Positions 9,084 through 17,010 of a stretch of 34,730 bases of DNA are shown here, in pieces. Every line of letters begins with the position of its first letter. The stretch's first letter is position 1. Both the position numbers and the translations under genes were made by a program. The notes under the pieces are model-generated. The model saw nothing but the letters and a program-made list of their open reading frames with translations, was not told the DNA's origin and made no database searches. The stretch is from Candidatus Aerophobota bacterium (GTDB lineage: Bacteria > Aerophobota > Aerophobia > Aerophobales > B3-G15): assembly GCA_021162265.1 (NCBI GenBank), contig JAGGZA010000035.1, forward strand, positions 1-34,730, read 5' to 3'.

Positions 9084-9618
9084 TAAGATAACTATTTCTC
9101 GGATAATTCTTGTTCCTTTTTTAATTTCATTTTTATTCCTTCCCGGTAAATGGGGAATAGTTATATCCTTTTTTATTTTTGTATTAGCCTGTTTATCTGA
9201 TTGGGTGGATGGTTATGTAGCAAGAAAAAATAGCCAGATAACTACCATGGGTAAGATAATGGATCCTGTTGCTGATAAAGTCCTGGTTTACAGTATGCTA
9301 ATTTGTTTTGTATATCTGCATATAGTTCCTTTCTGGATGGTAATAATCCTTATTGCAAGGGATTTTCTGGTGATGGCTTTAAGAGTAGAGGTAGCTTTTA
9401 GAAAAGTTATACTTACTCCAACTTTCACAGCCAAGTTTAAGACAGTGCTTGAATATGGTGTTATTCTTTTTTCCTTTTTTTATATGTTTTTTTCTATTAG
9501 CTATTCTGTATCTTTTTTAAAGGTGGCTATTTATTTATCCATGAGTTTAACCCTGGTATTTGCCATAGTTTCGGCTGTTCAATACCTGCTTGAAGGAAGA
9601 AGAATACTTGTAAAATAA
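9070..9618 (+). CDS. pgsA: CDP-diacylglycerol--glycerol-3-phosphate 3-phosphatidyltransferase
   Basis: NLANKITISRIILVPF and DWVDGYVARK...DPVADK form the CDP-alcohol phosphatidyltransferase motif. The ATG at 9070 is preferred to the ORF-track start at 9031 and overlaps ftsK by 14 nt. Confidence 0.9.
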   Translation: MNLANKITISRIILVPFLISFLFLPGKWGIVISFFIFVLACLSDWVDGYVARKNSQITTMGKIMDPVADKVLVYSMLICFVYLHIVPFWMVIILIARDFLVMALRVEVAFRKVILTPTFTAKFKTVLEYGVILFSFFYMFFSISYSVSFLKVAIYLSMSLTLVFAIVSAVQYLLEGRRILVK

Positions 9619-9619
9619 A

Positions 9620-10084
9620 ATGAGAAAAGTAATTTTAGCTATTGGGACAGGTCTGGGAGCGGGATATGTTCCTCTTTTCCCTGGAACAGTTGGAAGTGGA
9701 TGGGGAGTTGTTATCTATCTTTTAATTTTATTGACTTCTCCTGATTTACTGTGGCAGTGTATCATAACTCTACTTGTTCTTATAGCAGGAGTGTGGGTCT
9801 CCGGGAAATGTGAGAAAATACTGAAAACCAAGGACCACCAATCTATTGTGATTGATGAAGCGGGTGGTTTTCTGGTAAGTATGATAGGAATCCCTTTTTC
9901 TCCTCTTTTCCTATTCCTGGGGTTTGTGTTTTTTAGATTGTTTGATATAACCAAACCTTTTCACATAGATAAACTTCAGCGCCTCAATGGAGGCTGGGGA
10001 ATAGTTGCTGATGATGTTGCAGCGGGTTTGCTTGCTAATTTATTTTTACATATTTTAATCTCTATGACTGGCTGGTCTCTTTAA
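9620..10084 (+). CDS. pgpA: Phosphatidylglycerophosphatase A
   Basis: FPGTVGS, IDEAGG, FRLFDITKP and GWGIVADDVAAG are PgpA-family blocks. Confidence 0.9.
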   Translation: MRKVILAIGTGLGAGYVPLFPGTVGSGWGVVIYLLILLTSPDLLWQCIITLLVLIAGVWVSGKCEKILKTKDHQSIVIDEAGGFLVSMIGIPFSPLFLFLGFVFFRLFDITKPFHIDKLQRLNGGWGIVADDVAAGLLANLFLHILISMTGWSL

Positions 10085-10100
10085 TTAAGCAATTTACTTT

Positions 10101-11063
10101 TTACAGGACTTTTTTTATCTTTCCTGCATCTTCCTGTTTAGCCTGATACATAGCCCTATCTGCTTTGGCAAGAAGATCCCTGGGTTTTTCTGCGTCTTCA
10201 GGGAAGGAAGCTATTCCTATGCTTGCGCTGAGAGGAGAAGGAAAAGTTATCTTTTTTATTTTTTGCTTTATTCTCTCTGCAACTATCAGTGATTTATCTG
10301 AGTCTATCTCGGGTAAGATTATTACAAATTCATCTCCCCCATATCTAAAGGCGATATCCATTGTTCTTATATTATCTTTTATCTGTTTTGCAATTAATCT
10401 CAATACTCTATCTCCTGTTAGATGTCCATAAGTATCATTAATAAATTTTAAATTATCTACATCCATAAACAGGATGGATAGGGGTTGTTTGCTCCGGCAG
10501 GCTTTTCCCAATTCTTCACGAAGTCTTTTATAAAAGTAGCTTTGATTGTAAAGACCGGTTAATTCATCAATCAGGGCTAATTTGCGTATTTTTTCTATGT
10601 GAAGTATATTTCTTATAGCAAGAGCAAGCTGAGATGCAAAAATCCTTGCTATTTTTATTTCTCTAATGGAAAATCCTTTCTTATTCCTTCTTCCAAATGA
10701 TAAGGCTCCTGATAGTAATCCATCTTTACTTTTTATAGCCACGGTGAAAAAGTAACCCGGGGATTTTTCAAAAATCCGTGAGCAAATTAAACAACTTCTG
10801 TCAAGGGAATGTTGGAGTTGAGGTAAGCTTTCCCTGGTCAGGGGGAGAGTGTTGTGGTAAATAGAAGTACCGTTTGTTGTAGCAAAATAGAGAAATTTAT
10901 TGTTTCTGTCAACAACTTTTAAAGTTACTCTGTCAGCACAAAGCAGTTTCGCTCCCTCCATTATGGCCTTATCTAATAAGTGCAGTAAACTTTGCTGGGA
11001 GAATATATTCTCGTTTATTTTAAAGAGAGTATATAATTTTTCTTTTTCTTCTTCTAATTTCAT
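10101..11063 (-). CDS. GAF-domain diguanylate cyclase (GGDEF with I-site)
   Basis: C-terminal DELTGLYNQSYF...FMDVDNLKFINDTYGHLTGD...RTMDIAFRYGGDEF. The RxxD I-site lies 5 residues before GGDEF. The N-terminal roughly 150 aa is GAF-like. Confidence 0.9.
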   Translation of the reverse strand: MKLEEEKEKLYTLFKINENIFSQQSLLHLLDKAIMEGAKLLCADRVTLKVVDRNNKFLYFATTNGTSIYHNTLPLTRESLPQLQHSLDRSCLICSRIFEKSPGYFFTVAIKSKDGLLSGALSFGRRNKKGFSIREIKIARIFASQLALAIRNILHIEKIRKLALIDELTGLYNQSYFYKRLREELGKACRSKQPLSILFMDVDNLKFINDTYGHLTGDRVLRLIAKQIKDNIRTMDIAFRYGGDEFVIILPEIDSDKSLIVAERIKQKIKKITFPSPLSASIGIASFPEDAEKPRDLLAKADRAMYQAKQEDAGKIKKVL

Positions 11064-11081
11064 TTTTACAAACTTTTCTGA

Positions 11082-11357
11082 TTAAGGTGACTTAAGTATG
11101 AATTTTACGGTATATTTCTTCAGGGAGGCTATACTTATTAAATTAAGTTTCTGCAGCTTCTCCATAGCTTTTTCTATGTCGTTTTTATTAAATTTAAAAC
11201 CAAGGTTAAAGTTAATTTCTTTTAGATTAAGTTTTCCACTTCCCTCTTCTTTGTCACTTATTACAATCAAAAAAAGGTAAAGTCTTATTTCCTTATCAGA
11301 AAGGTTTTTCCATAATTTTTCGTTAATTAATTTATACAGTAATTCTCGTTTATCCAC
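11082..11357 (-). CDS. Small hypothetical protein, winged-helix-like (HTH_36/DnaD-N-like pattern)
   Basis: 91-aa ORF with a GTG start after TAGGAG. LSDKEIRLYLFLIVISD...LNLKEI...IEKAMEKLQKLNLI resembles small wHTH proteins. It lies 18 nt upstream of the GGDEF gene. Confidence 0.5.
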   Translation of the reverse strand: MDKRELLYKLINEKLWKNLSDKEIRLYLFLIVISDKEEGSGKLNLKEINFNLGFKFNKNDIEKAMEKLQKLNLISIASLKKYTVKFILKSP

Positions 11358-11430
11358 CTATCACTCCTAAACTATGATAGGATAAATAGTTATTATTGTC
11401 AAGAAAAAATATAGATAAATATACTTATAA

Positions 11431-11458
11431 TTGACAATCAAGGTAAATAATTTAGTAT
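11431..11458 (+). promoter_or_regulatory. Sigma70-type promoter of the XRE regulator gene
   Basis: TTGACA (11431-11436), a 16-nt spacer, then TAGTAT (11453-11458). The ORF-track TTG start at 11431 is the -35 box itself. The box is half of an 8-bp inverted repeat, ATTGTCAA (11395-11402) and TTGACAAT (11431-11438). Confidence 0.4.
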
Positions 11459-11478
11459 ATACCAAATACGAGGAAAGA

Positions 11479-12021
11479 ATGAGTGTAGGGAAAAGGCTAA
11501 GAGATTTAAGGAAAAAGTTAGGTTTAACACAAAAGGAATTTGCCAGACGTATTAAAGGAAATATAGATTATACCTATATAGGGAAAATTGAGAGAGGAGA
11601 ACAGAATCCTTCTCTCAATATGTTAAAGCGAATAGGAGAATCATTTTCTGTGCCTGTAGGTTATTTTTTTGAAGAGGAAAGTACTGCAGCAATTCTGGAG
11701 CTTTTTCCTGAAGATATTAAAAATTTATTAAAAGATAAAAAAAGACAGAGGCTTATAAGGAAAAGCCAGGAATTGGACGATAAGGACCTTTCTTTGTTGA
11801 TGAATATAGCGGATGTTTTGGTTCAAACAAAAAGGGAACCCTCAGTTGAGGTATCAGAGGAGAGAGGGGCATATGATGCGAACAGGATAAATAGTTTAAT
11901 TTCTCGAATTCGTGAAGTTTTAGCCTCGCCTAAGGTTACTCTTTCTCTGGAGGAACCCTGGGTGAGAGAGGTCCTTCAGATAGCTCTTTCTGCTCTTGAG
12001 AGGAAAAATGAAGGTAATTAG
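11479..12021 (+). CDS. XRE-family HTH transcriptional regulator with an uncharacterised roughly 120-aa C-terminal domain
   Basis: The sequence from the ATG at 11479, MSVGKRLRDLRKKLGLTQKEFA...IGKIERGEQNPSLNMLKRI, is a classic HTH_3 domain. GAGGAAAG lies upstream of the ATG. Confidence 0.8.
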   Translation: MSVGKRLRDLRKKLGLTQKEFARRIKGNIDYTYIGKIERGEQNPSLNMLKRIGESFSVPVGYFFEEESTAAILELFPEDIKNLLKDKKRQRLIRKSQELDDKDLSLLMNIADVLVQTKREPSVEVSEERGAYDANRINSLISRIREVLASPKVTLSLEEPWVREVLQIALSALERKNEGN

Positions 12022-12116
12022 CTGTTTGAATTGAGGATTTTTTGCTCCACCTTCCTTTAAAATCCTAATTTTTGTCTAAAAGTAGGGTTGAGTTGTATAA
12101 TTTAGCGGTGGTAGTA

Positions 12117-12136
12117 GCTTCCAGGAACCTGGAGGC
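12117..12136 (+). terminator. Possible intrinsic terminator of the XRE gene, or an operator abutting the por -35 box
   Basis: GCTTCCAGGAACCTGGAGGC folds into an 8-bp stem (one G-U pair) with a GAAC loop, followed by TTGTTTG. It ends 4 nt before the TTGACA at 12141. Confidence 0.3.
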
Positions 12137-12140
12137 TTGT

Positions 12141-12168
12141 TTGACAATGATTGTTTTTTTGTTAAGAT
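12141..12168 (+). promoter_or_regulatory. Sigma70-type promoter of the por operon
   Basis: TTGACA (12141-12146), a 16-nt spacer, then TAAGAT (12163-12168), 45 nt upstream of the porG start. Confidence 0.45.
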
Positions 12169-12212
12169 GTTATGTTCTATTACCTTTATAAAGGCTAAGA
12201 AAGGGGGATATT

Positions 12213-12785
12213 ATGAAGAAAATAACCGAGGTCAGGTGGCACGCAAGAGCTGGCCAGGGGGCGAAAACAGCTGCTCTTCTTCTGGCAGAAGCTGCTTTAA
12301 GTGAAGGGAAGTACATTCAAGGTTTTCCAGAGTATGGTCCGGAGAGAGAGGGAGCTCCCATAAAAGCTTTTACCAGAATAAGTGATACGCCTATTTTTAT
12401 TCACTCAGGAGTCACCAATCCGGACGCTGTGGTTTTGCTTGACACCACTTTGTTAGGTACAGTGGATGTTACCGAAGGTTTATCCGGAGAAGGAGTTGTT
12501 CTGGTTAATACCAGTGCAAGTCCTCAGGATATACGCAAGAGGCTAAATATAAATGAAGGGAAGGTATATACAGTTGATGCTACAGCTATCTCTCTTGAAA
12601 TTTTAGGAAGGAATTTACCTAATATGCCAATGATAGGAGCCTTGATTAAGGTGATTCCAATCCTGAGCCTGGATACTCTTTTAAAGGGAGTCAGGAAAAA
12701 ATTTGGAAAGAAGTTTAACACAAAAATAGTAGAGGGAAATGTTTCTGCTATCAAGAAAGCTTATGAGGAGGTTAAGTCAGAATGA
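12213..12785 (+). CDS. porG: 2-oxoacid (pyruvate/2-ketoisovalerate):ferredoxin oxidoreductase, gamma subunit
   Basis: EVRWHARAGQGAKTAALLLAEAA...GFPEYGPEREGAP is the typical gamma-subunit N-terminus. It is the first gene of a gamma-delta-alpha-beta cluster. Confidence 0.9.
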   Translation: MKKITEVRWHARAGQGAKTAALLLAEAALSEGKYIQGFPEYGPEREGAPIKAFTRISDTPIFIHSGVTNPDAVVLLDTTLLGTVDVTEGLSGEGVVLVNTSASPQDIRKRLNINEGKVYTVDATAISLEILGRNLPNMPMIGALIKVIPILSLDTLLKGVRKKFGKKFNTKIVEGNVSAIKKAYEEVKSE

Positions 12786-13081
12786 AGGAAAAAGGTTGGA
12801 AGGAAATCCCTATAGGCGGTCTTATCTTGGAACCGGGAAATGCAGAGAAATATCTTACAGGTAGCTGGAGGACTTTTCGTCCAGTGGTTAATAAAGAGAA
12901 ATGCACCAGTTGTCTTTTGTGCTGGATCTACTGCCCGGATGACTCTATAATAGTGGAAGATGAACAGATGAAAGGTTTTCGTTATGAACATTGCAAGGGT
13001 TGTGGAATATGCAAAAACGTATGTCCTTTTAAAGCTATAGAAATGGTGGAAGAATCCAAATATCAACAAATAGAAAAATAA
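12782..13081 (+). CDS. porD: 2-oxoacid:ferredoxin oxidoreductase, delta subunit (2x[4Fe-4S] ferredoxin)
   Basis: Two Cys clusters, CTSCLLCWIYCP and CKGCGICKNVCP. ATGA overlap with porG. Confidence 0.9.
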   Translation: MKEKGWKEIPIGGLILEPGNAEKYLTGSWRTFRPVVNKEKCTSCLLCWIYCPDDSIIVEDEQMKGFRYEHCKGCGICKNVCPFKAIEMVEESKYQQIEK

Positions 13082-13123
13082 ATTAAAACAAATTTAAATT
13101 AAAAAGGAAAGGGAGTAAACAAA

Positions 13124-14305
13124 ATGGCAACAATAGAGGCAATGACCGGTGATGAAGTAGCTGCTGAGGCTATGAGACAGATAAATCCTGATGTCGTAGC
13201 CGCTTACCCTATAACTCCACAAACTGAAGTAGTCCAGAATTTTTCCCAATCTGTAGCTAACGGTAGGGTAAAAACAGAGATGATAAGAGTGGAAAGTGAG
13301 CATTCTGCTATGAGTGCCTGTGTTGGTGCTTCAGCAGCAGGAGTAAGAGCTATGACTGCAACCTGTGCTAATGGGCTTGCTTTGATGTGGGAGATTGTTT
13401 ATATAGCAGCCTCTTACAGGCTTCCTATAGTAATGGCTGTGGCTAATAGAGCTTTAAGTGGGCCTATAAATATTCATTGCGATCACTCCGATTCAATGGG
13501 AGCAAGGGATTCTGGCTGGATACAGCTTTACAGTGAAAACTGTCAGGAAGTATATGATAACTTGATTCAGGCGGTAAAAATAGCAGAAGACAAAAGTGTT
13601 CTCCTTCCGGTAATGGTTTGTTTTGATGGATTTATCATTTCTCATGCTACCGAAAGGGTGGAAATCCTTGATGATGAGAAAGTTAAAAATTTTATCGGGG
13701 AGTTTAAACCCCAATACCCGCTTTTAGACCTGAATAATCCTGTAACTTATGGTCCTCTTGACCTTTTTGACTACTACTTTGAGCATAAAAGACAACAGGT
13801 TGAGGCAATGGAAAACGCCATTTCTGTGATCGAGAAAGTGGGAAAGGAATATGAAAAGATTTCGGGAAGAAAATATGAGCTGGTAGAAAAATACAATTTA
13901 GAAGCATCTGATATGGTAATAATAGCTGCCGGATCAACTGCAGGAACTATTAAAGCTACCATAGATGAGCTTAAGGAAAAGGGAATAAATGTTGGACTTT
14001 TAAAAATAAGGACATTTCGCCCCTTCCCTCATGTTCAGATAAGAGATGCTTTAAAAGATAAATTATGTGTAGCAGTGATGGATCGTTCAGCTTCTTTTGG
14101 AGCAAGGGGTGGACCTATTTTTCTGGAGATAAGGTCCACTTTATACGAAGAGAAAAAAAAGCCTGTGGTAGTAAATTACATTTATGGATTAGGAGGAAGA
14201 GAAACCACAGTGGAACATATTAAAAAGGTTGTTGATAACCTTTCAAAGATAAAGAAAACGGGAAAAGTAGATAGATTAATAGATTACTTAGGAGTTAGAG
14301 AGTAA
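13124..14305 (+). CDS. porA: 2-oxoacid:ferredoxin oxidoreductase, alpha subunit
   Basis: GDEVAAEAMRQINPDVVAAYPITPQTE and SEHSAMSACVGASAAG are alpha-subunit signatures. Confidence 0.92.
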   Translation: MATIEAMTGDEVAAEAMRQINPDVVAAYPITPQTEVVQNFSQSVANGRVKTEMIRVESEHSAMSACVGASAAGVRAMTATCANGLALMWEIVYIAASYRLPIVMAVANRALSGPINIHCDHSDSMGARDSGWIQLYSENCQEVYDNLIQAVKIAEDKSVLLPVMVCFDGFIISHATERVEILDDEKVKNFIGEFKPQYPLLDLNNPVTYGPLDLFDYYFEHKRQQVEAMENAISVIEKVGKEYEKISGRKYELVEKYNLEASDMVIIAAGSTAGTIKATIDELKEKGINVGLLKIRTFRPFPHVQIRDALKDKLCVAVMDRSASFGARGGPIFLEIRSTLYEEKKKPVVVNYIYGLGGRETTVEHIKKVVDNLSKIKKTGKVDRLIDYLGVRE

Positions 14306-14347
14306 TAAGAAGATAAGATAAATAAAACTAAAGATAAGGAGAAAAAG

Positions 14348-15280
14348 ATGCCTTCTCTTAAAGAGCTTTCTCATAAAAAGGAACTTTTGTCTCGCGGACA
14401 TAGACTCTGCCCGGGATGTGGTGCTCCAATAATAGTAAGACAGGTCCTTTTAGCTGCAGATAAACCAGTAATAGTTGCCTGCCCTACAGGATGTCTGGAA
14501 GTAGGAACTACTATTTATCCTTATACTGCCTGGAAGATGCCCTGGATTCACTGTGCTTTTGAAAATGCAGCAGCTACACTTTCTGGAGTAGAGACTGCTT
14601 ACCGTGCTTTAAAAAAACAGGGAAAAATAAAGGATGATATAAGATTTATCGCATTTGGTGGGGATGGAGGAACCTATGATATAGGTTTGCAGTCCCTGTC
14701 TGGAGCATTAGAACGTGGGCATAGAATGCTTTATGTTTGCTATGATAACGAAGCCTATATGAACACCGGAATCCAGCGCTCAAGTGCCAGCCCCTTAGGA
14801 GCTCATACCACCACCACCCCTCCGGGGAAAGCTATTCCTGCGGGTAAGACAGAGTCAAGAAAAAACCTCACCGAAATTGTGGCGGCTCATAATATCCCCT
14901 ATGTGGCTCAGGCATCACCCGGTTACCATATGGATCTTATGAAAAAAGTCCAGAAGGCGCTCTCAGTAGATGGTCCAAGTTTCATAAATGTCTTTTCACC
15001 CTGCCCTCGAGGGTGGAGGTACCCTGCTGAAAAGACTATAGAGATTGCCAAGTTGGCTGTACTTACAGGATTTTGGCCTTTATATGAGGTAGAAAACGGG
15101 AAATATAGAATTACCTATAAACCCAGGAAGAAAAGACCATTAAGGGAATTTTTAGAAGCCCAGGGCAGGTTTAAACATCTTCTTGCAGAGGAAAATAAAC
15201 CTATAGTGGAAAGAATGGAAAAGGAAATAGAATCCCGGGAAAAAGAGCTTATGATAAGAGCAGGAGAAGGGGAGAAGTAG
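14348..15280 (+). CDS. porB: 2-oxoacid:ferredoxin oxidoreductase, beta subunit (TPP-binding)
   Basis: CPGCG, GGDGGTYDIGLQSLSGA and YDNEAYMNTGIQRS are the TPP/[4Fe-4S] beta-subunit blocks. Confidence 0.92.
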   Translation: MPSLKELSHKKELLSRGHRLCPGCGAPIIVRQVLLAADKPVIVACPTGCLEVGTTIYPYTAWKMPWIHCAFENAAATLSGVETAYRALKKQGKIKDDIRFIAFGGDGGTYDIGLQSLSGALERGHRMLYVCYDNEAYMNTGIQRSSASPLGAHTTTTPPGKAIPAGKTESRKNLTEIVAAHNIPYVAQASPGYHMDLMKKVQKALSVDGPSFINVFSPCPRGWRYPAEKTIEIAKLAVLTGFWPLYEVENGKYRITYKPRKKRPLREFLEAQGRFKHLLAEENKPIVERMEKEIESREKELMIRAGEGEK

Positions 15281-15405
15281 AAATTATAAAGTATATAGTT
15301 AGTTAATTTACTGTATGTGGCTGGTTATCCGGGTGAGGCAGGTAGTTTTTATCTGATGTTTTCCCCTGGACTTTCCACTTCCTGAAATTTTAATGTTAAA
15401 TTTCC

Positions 15406-15433
15406 TTGACTTTTAGTTTAATTGTTTCATAAT
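15406..15433 (+). promoter_or_regulatory. Sigma70-type promoter of the flavodiiron operon
   Basis: TTGACT (15406-15411), a 16-nt spacer, then CATAAT (15428-15433), about 80 nt upstream of the FDP start. Confidence 0.4.
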
Positions 15434-15513
15434 ATTACCAAAATAGTCATATTTGTTTTTTGATGGCTTATAGTAGTTAAATGAAAACAAAGAGTATGTG
15501 AAGGAGCTATAAA

Positions 15514-16707
15514 ATGGCTATAGTTAAGATAGAAACAGATGTTTATTCGGTAGGTTCAATAGATTGGGATAGAAGATTGTTTGATGAGCTTATCCCGCTT
15601 CCTGACGGTACAAGCTATAATTCTTACCTTATAAGAGGCGAGGAGAAAACAGCTCTTATAGATACCGTTGATCCTACAAAAGCCGATGAACTCGTAGAAA
15701 ACCTTAAGAAGTTAAAGGTAAACAGGCTGGATTATGTTGTTTCCAATCATGCAGAACAGGACCATTCCGGAGCTATTCCTGAGATTTTAAGAGTTTATCC
15801 AGAAGCAAAGGTTTTGACAAATAAAAAGTGCAAGGCAATGCTCTCTGATCTGCTTATGATTTCCGAAGAGAAATTTGTAGTGGTTAATGACGGGGATAGT
15901 ATCTCGCTTGGAGGAAAGACATTAAGTTTTTTATTAGCTCCCTGGGTTCACTGGCCAGAAACGATGTTTGCATATTTAAAGGAAGAGAAAATACTTTTTA
16001 CCTGCGATTTTTTGGGTTCTCATCTTGCAACAAGTGATATATTTGTGACAGGTGAAACTGAGGCTGAGGTTTATCGAGCAGCCAAGAGGTATTATGCAGA
16101 AATAATGATGCCTTTTAGAAAAACTATACAGAAAAATATTGAAAAGATAAAGGATTTAAATGTGGAGATAATTGCGCCAAGTCATGGACCACTTTATAAA
16201 AATCCAGAGTTTATTCTTGATGCCTATAAGGATTGGATTTCTGATGATGTAAAAAACCAGGTGGTTGTTCCCTATGTTTCAATGCACAAAAGTACGAGGA
16301 AAATGGTTGATTACTTTGTAAATGCTTTGATGAATAGAGGTATCTCTGTAGAACCTTTTAATTTAACAAGAACCGATGTTGGAGAACTGGCAATGAGTTT
16401 GGTAGATGCGGCTACCATTGTAGTTGCCTCTCCCACAGTTCTGGCTGGTCCTCATCCATCTGTAGTTTATGCAGTTTACCTTGTAAATGCTTTAAGGCCA
16501 AAAATTAAATTTGCCTCTGTTATCGGGTCTTACGGGTGGGGAGGAAGGATGGTGGATATCATTAAGGAAAATTTAAGTAATCTTAAAGTGGAGATCATTG
16601 AACCAGTTGTTATAAAGGGTTATCCAGGAGGGGAAAGTTTTAAGTCGCTTGATAAACTGGCAGATACAATCCTGGAAAAACATAGAGAAGAGGGAATTGC
16701 TAAATAA
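15514..16707 (+). CDS. fprA: Class A flavodiiron protein (FprA-type O2/NO reductase)
   Basis: Metallo-beta-lactamase-like domain with the diiron ligand motif SNHAEQDHSG (HxExDH), HWPETM, CDFLGSH and PSHGP. C-terminal flavodoxin domain (VVPYVSMHKSTRKM). Confidence 0.92.
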   Translation: MAIVKIETDVYSVGSIDWDRRLFDELIPLPDGTSYNSYLIRGEEKTALIDTVDPTKADELVENLKKLKVNRLDYVVSNHAEQDHSGAIPEILRVYPEAKVLTNKKCKAMLSDLLMISEEKFVVVNDGDSISLGGKTLSFLLAPWVHWPETMFAYLKEEKILFTCDFLGSHLATSDIFVTGETEAEVYRAAKRYYAEIMMPFRKTIQKNIEKIKDLNVEIIAPSHGPLYKNPEFILDAYKDWISDDVKNQVVVPYVSMHKSTRKMVDYFVNALMNRGISVEPFNLTRTDVGELAMSLVDAATIVVASPTVLAGPHPSVVYAVYLVNALRPKIKFASVIGSYGWGGRMVDIIKENLSNLKVEIIEPVVIKGYPGGESFKSLDKLADTILEKHREEGIAK

Positions 16708-16733
16708 TAAATAAATTAAATAGCGAGGGAAAG

Positions 16734-16958
16734 ATGATAAAAGAAAAAGTAGAGGGAATTTTAGAAAAAATAAGGCTTTCTTTGCAGGCCGAGGGAGGAG
16801 ATGTTGAGCTTGTTGATGTCAGTCCAGAAGGGGTTGTGAAGGTTAAATTAAAAGGTGCCTGCGCTGGGTGTCCTATGAGCCAGTTGACGCTAAAAATGGG
16901 GATAGAGAGAATGTTAAAAAGAGAGGTGCCCGGGATAAAGGAAGTCGTTGCCGTGTAA
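16734..16958 (+). CDS. NifU/Nfu C-terminal-domain Fe-S cluster protein
   Basis: 74 aa. LQAEGGDVELVDV...VKVKLKGACAGCPMSQLTLKMGIERMLK carries the CxxC Nfu motif. GAGGGA RBS. Confidence 0.85.
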   Translation: MIKEKVEGILEKIRLSLQAEGGDVELVDVSPEGVVKVKLKGACAGCPMSQLTLKMGIERMLKREVPGIKEVVAV

Positions 16959-16959
16959 T

Positions 16960-16977
16960 TATTTATCCGGATAAATA
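16960..16977. repeat. 18-bp perfect palindrome TATTTATCCGGATAAATA (candidate dimeric-regulator site)
   Basis: Read directly from the sequence. It starts 2 nt after the nfu stop codon and ends 33 nt before the rubredoxin-like start. The confidence refers to its presence, not to any function. Confidence 0.9.
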
Positions 16978-17010
16978 CAATCAGGTCAATAATAAAGAAA
17001 GGGGTTAAAG

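Noticed and set aside
11374-11402. Minus-strand TTGACA-17-TATCAT as the promoter for the 91-aa gene
   Set aside because: The predicted transcription start would fall on or inside the AGGAG ribosome-binding site (11364-11368), leaving essentially no leader. It may be a real but leaderless-like arrangement, or the true promoter may lie further upstream. It is too uncertain to list as a feature.
12035-12066. AGGATTTT ... AAAATCCT inverted repeat followed by AATTTTT, considered as the XRE gene terminator
   Set aside because: It is an 8-bp all-weak (A/T-rich) stem with a 16-nt loop, which is thermodynamically poor. The hairpin at 12117-12136 is a better candidate.
12117-12136. Hairpin with a central GGAA/GAAC sequence, considered as an SRP (4.5S) RNA domain IV or another small RNA
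   Set aside because: There are no flanking conserved SRP motifs and no extended helix, and it is only 20 nt long. It is better explained as a terminator or operator.
12761-13303. Minus-strand ORFs 12761-13069 and 13094-13303. The same applies to 13493-13962, 18393-18740 (+), 21118-21345, 26321-26902 and 31496-31979.
   Set aside because: All are antisense or out-of-frame shadows of strongly supported genes (por, ThyA-like, liv, PaaK-like, ndk/DUF1015), with AT-rich-codon composition and no motifs.
15281-15405. 125 nt downstream of porB with no assigned feature. I looked for a terminator, an sRNA, a riboswitch and a small ORF (13 codons from the ATG at 15315).
   Set aside because: I found no convincing stem-loop with a U-tract and no conserved riboswitch-like motif I recognise. 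The sORF has no RBS. The region is left unannotated rather than given an invented feature.
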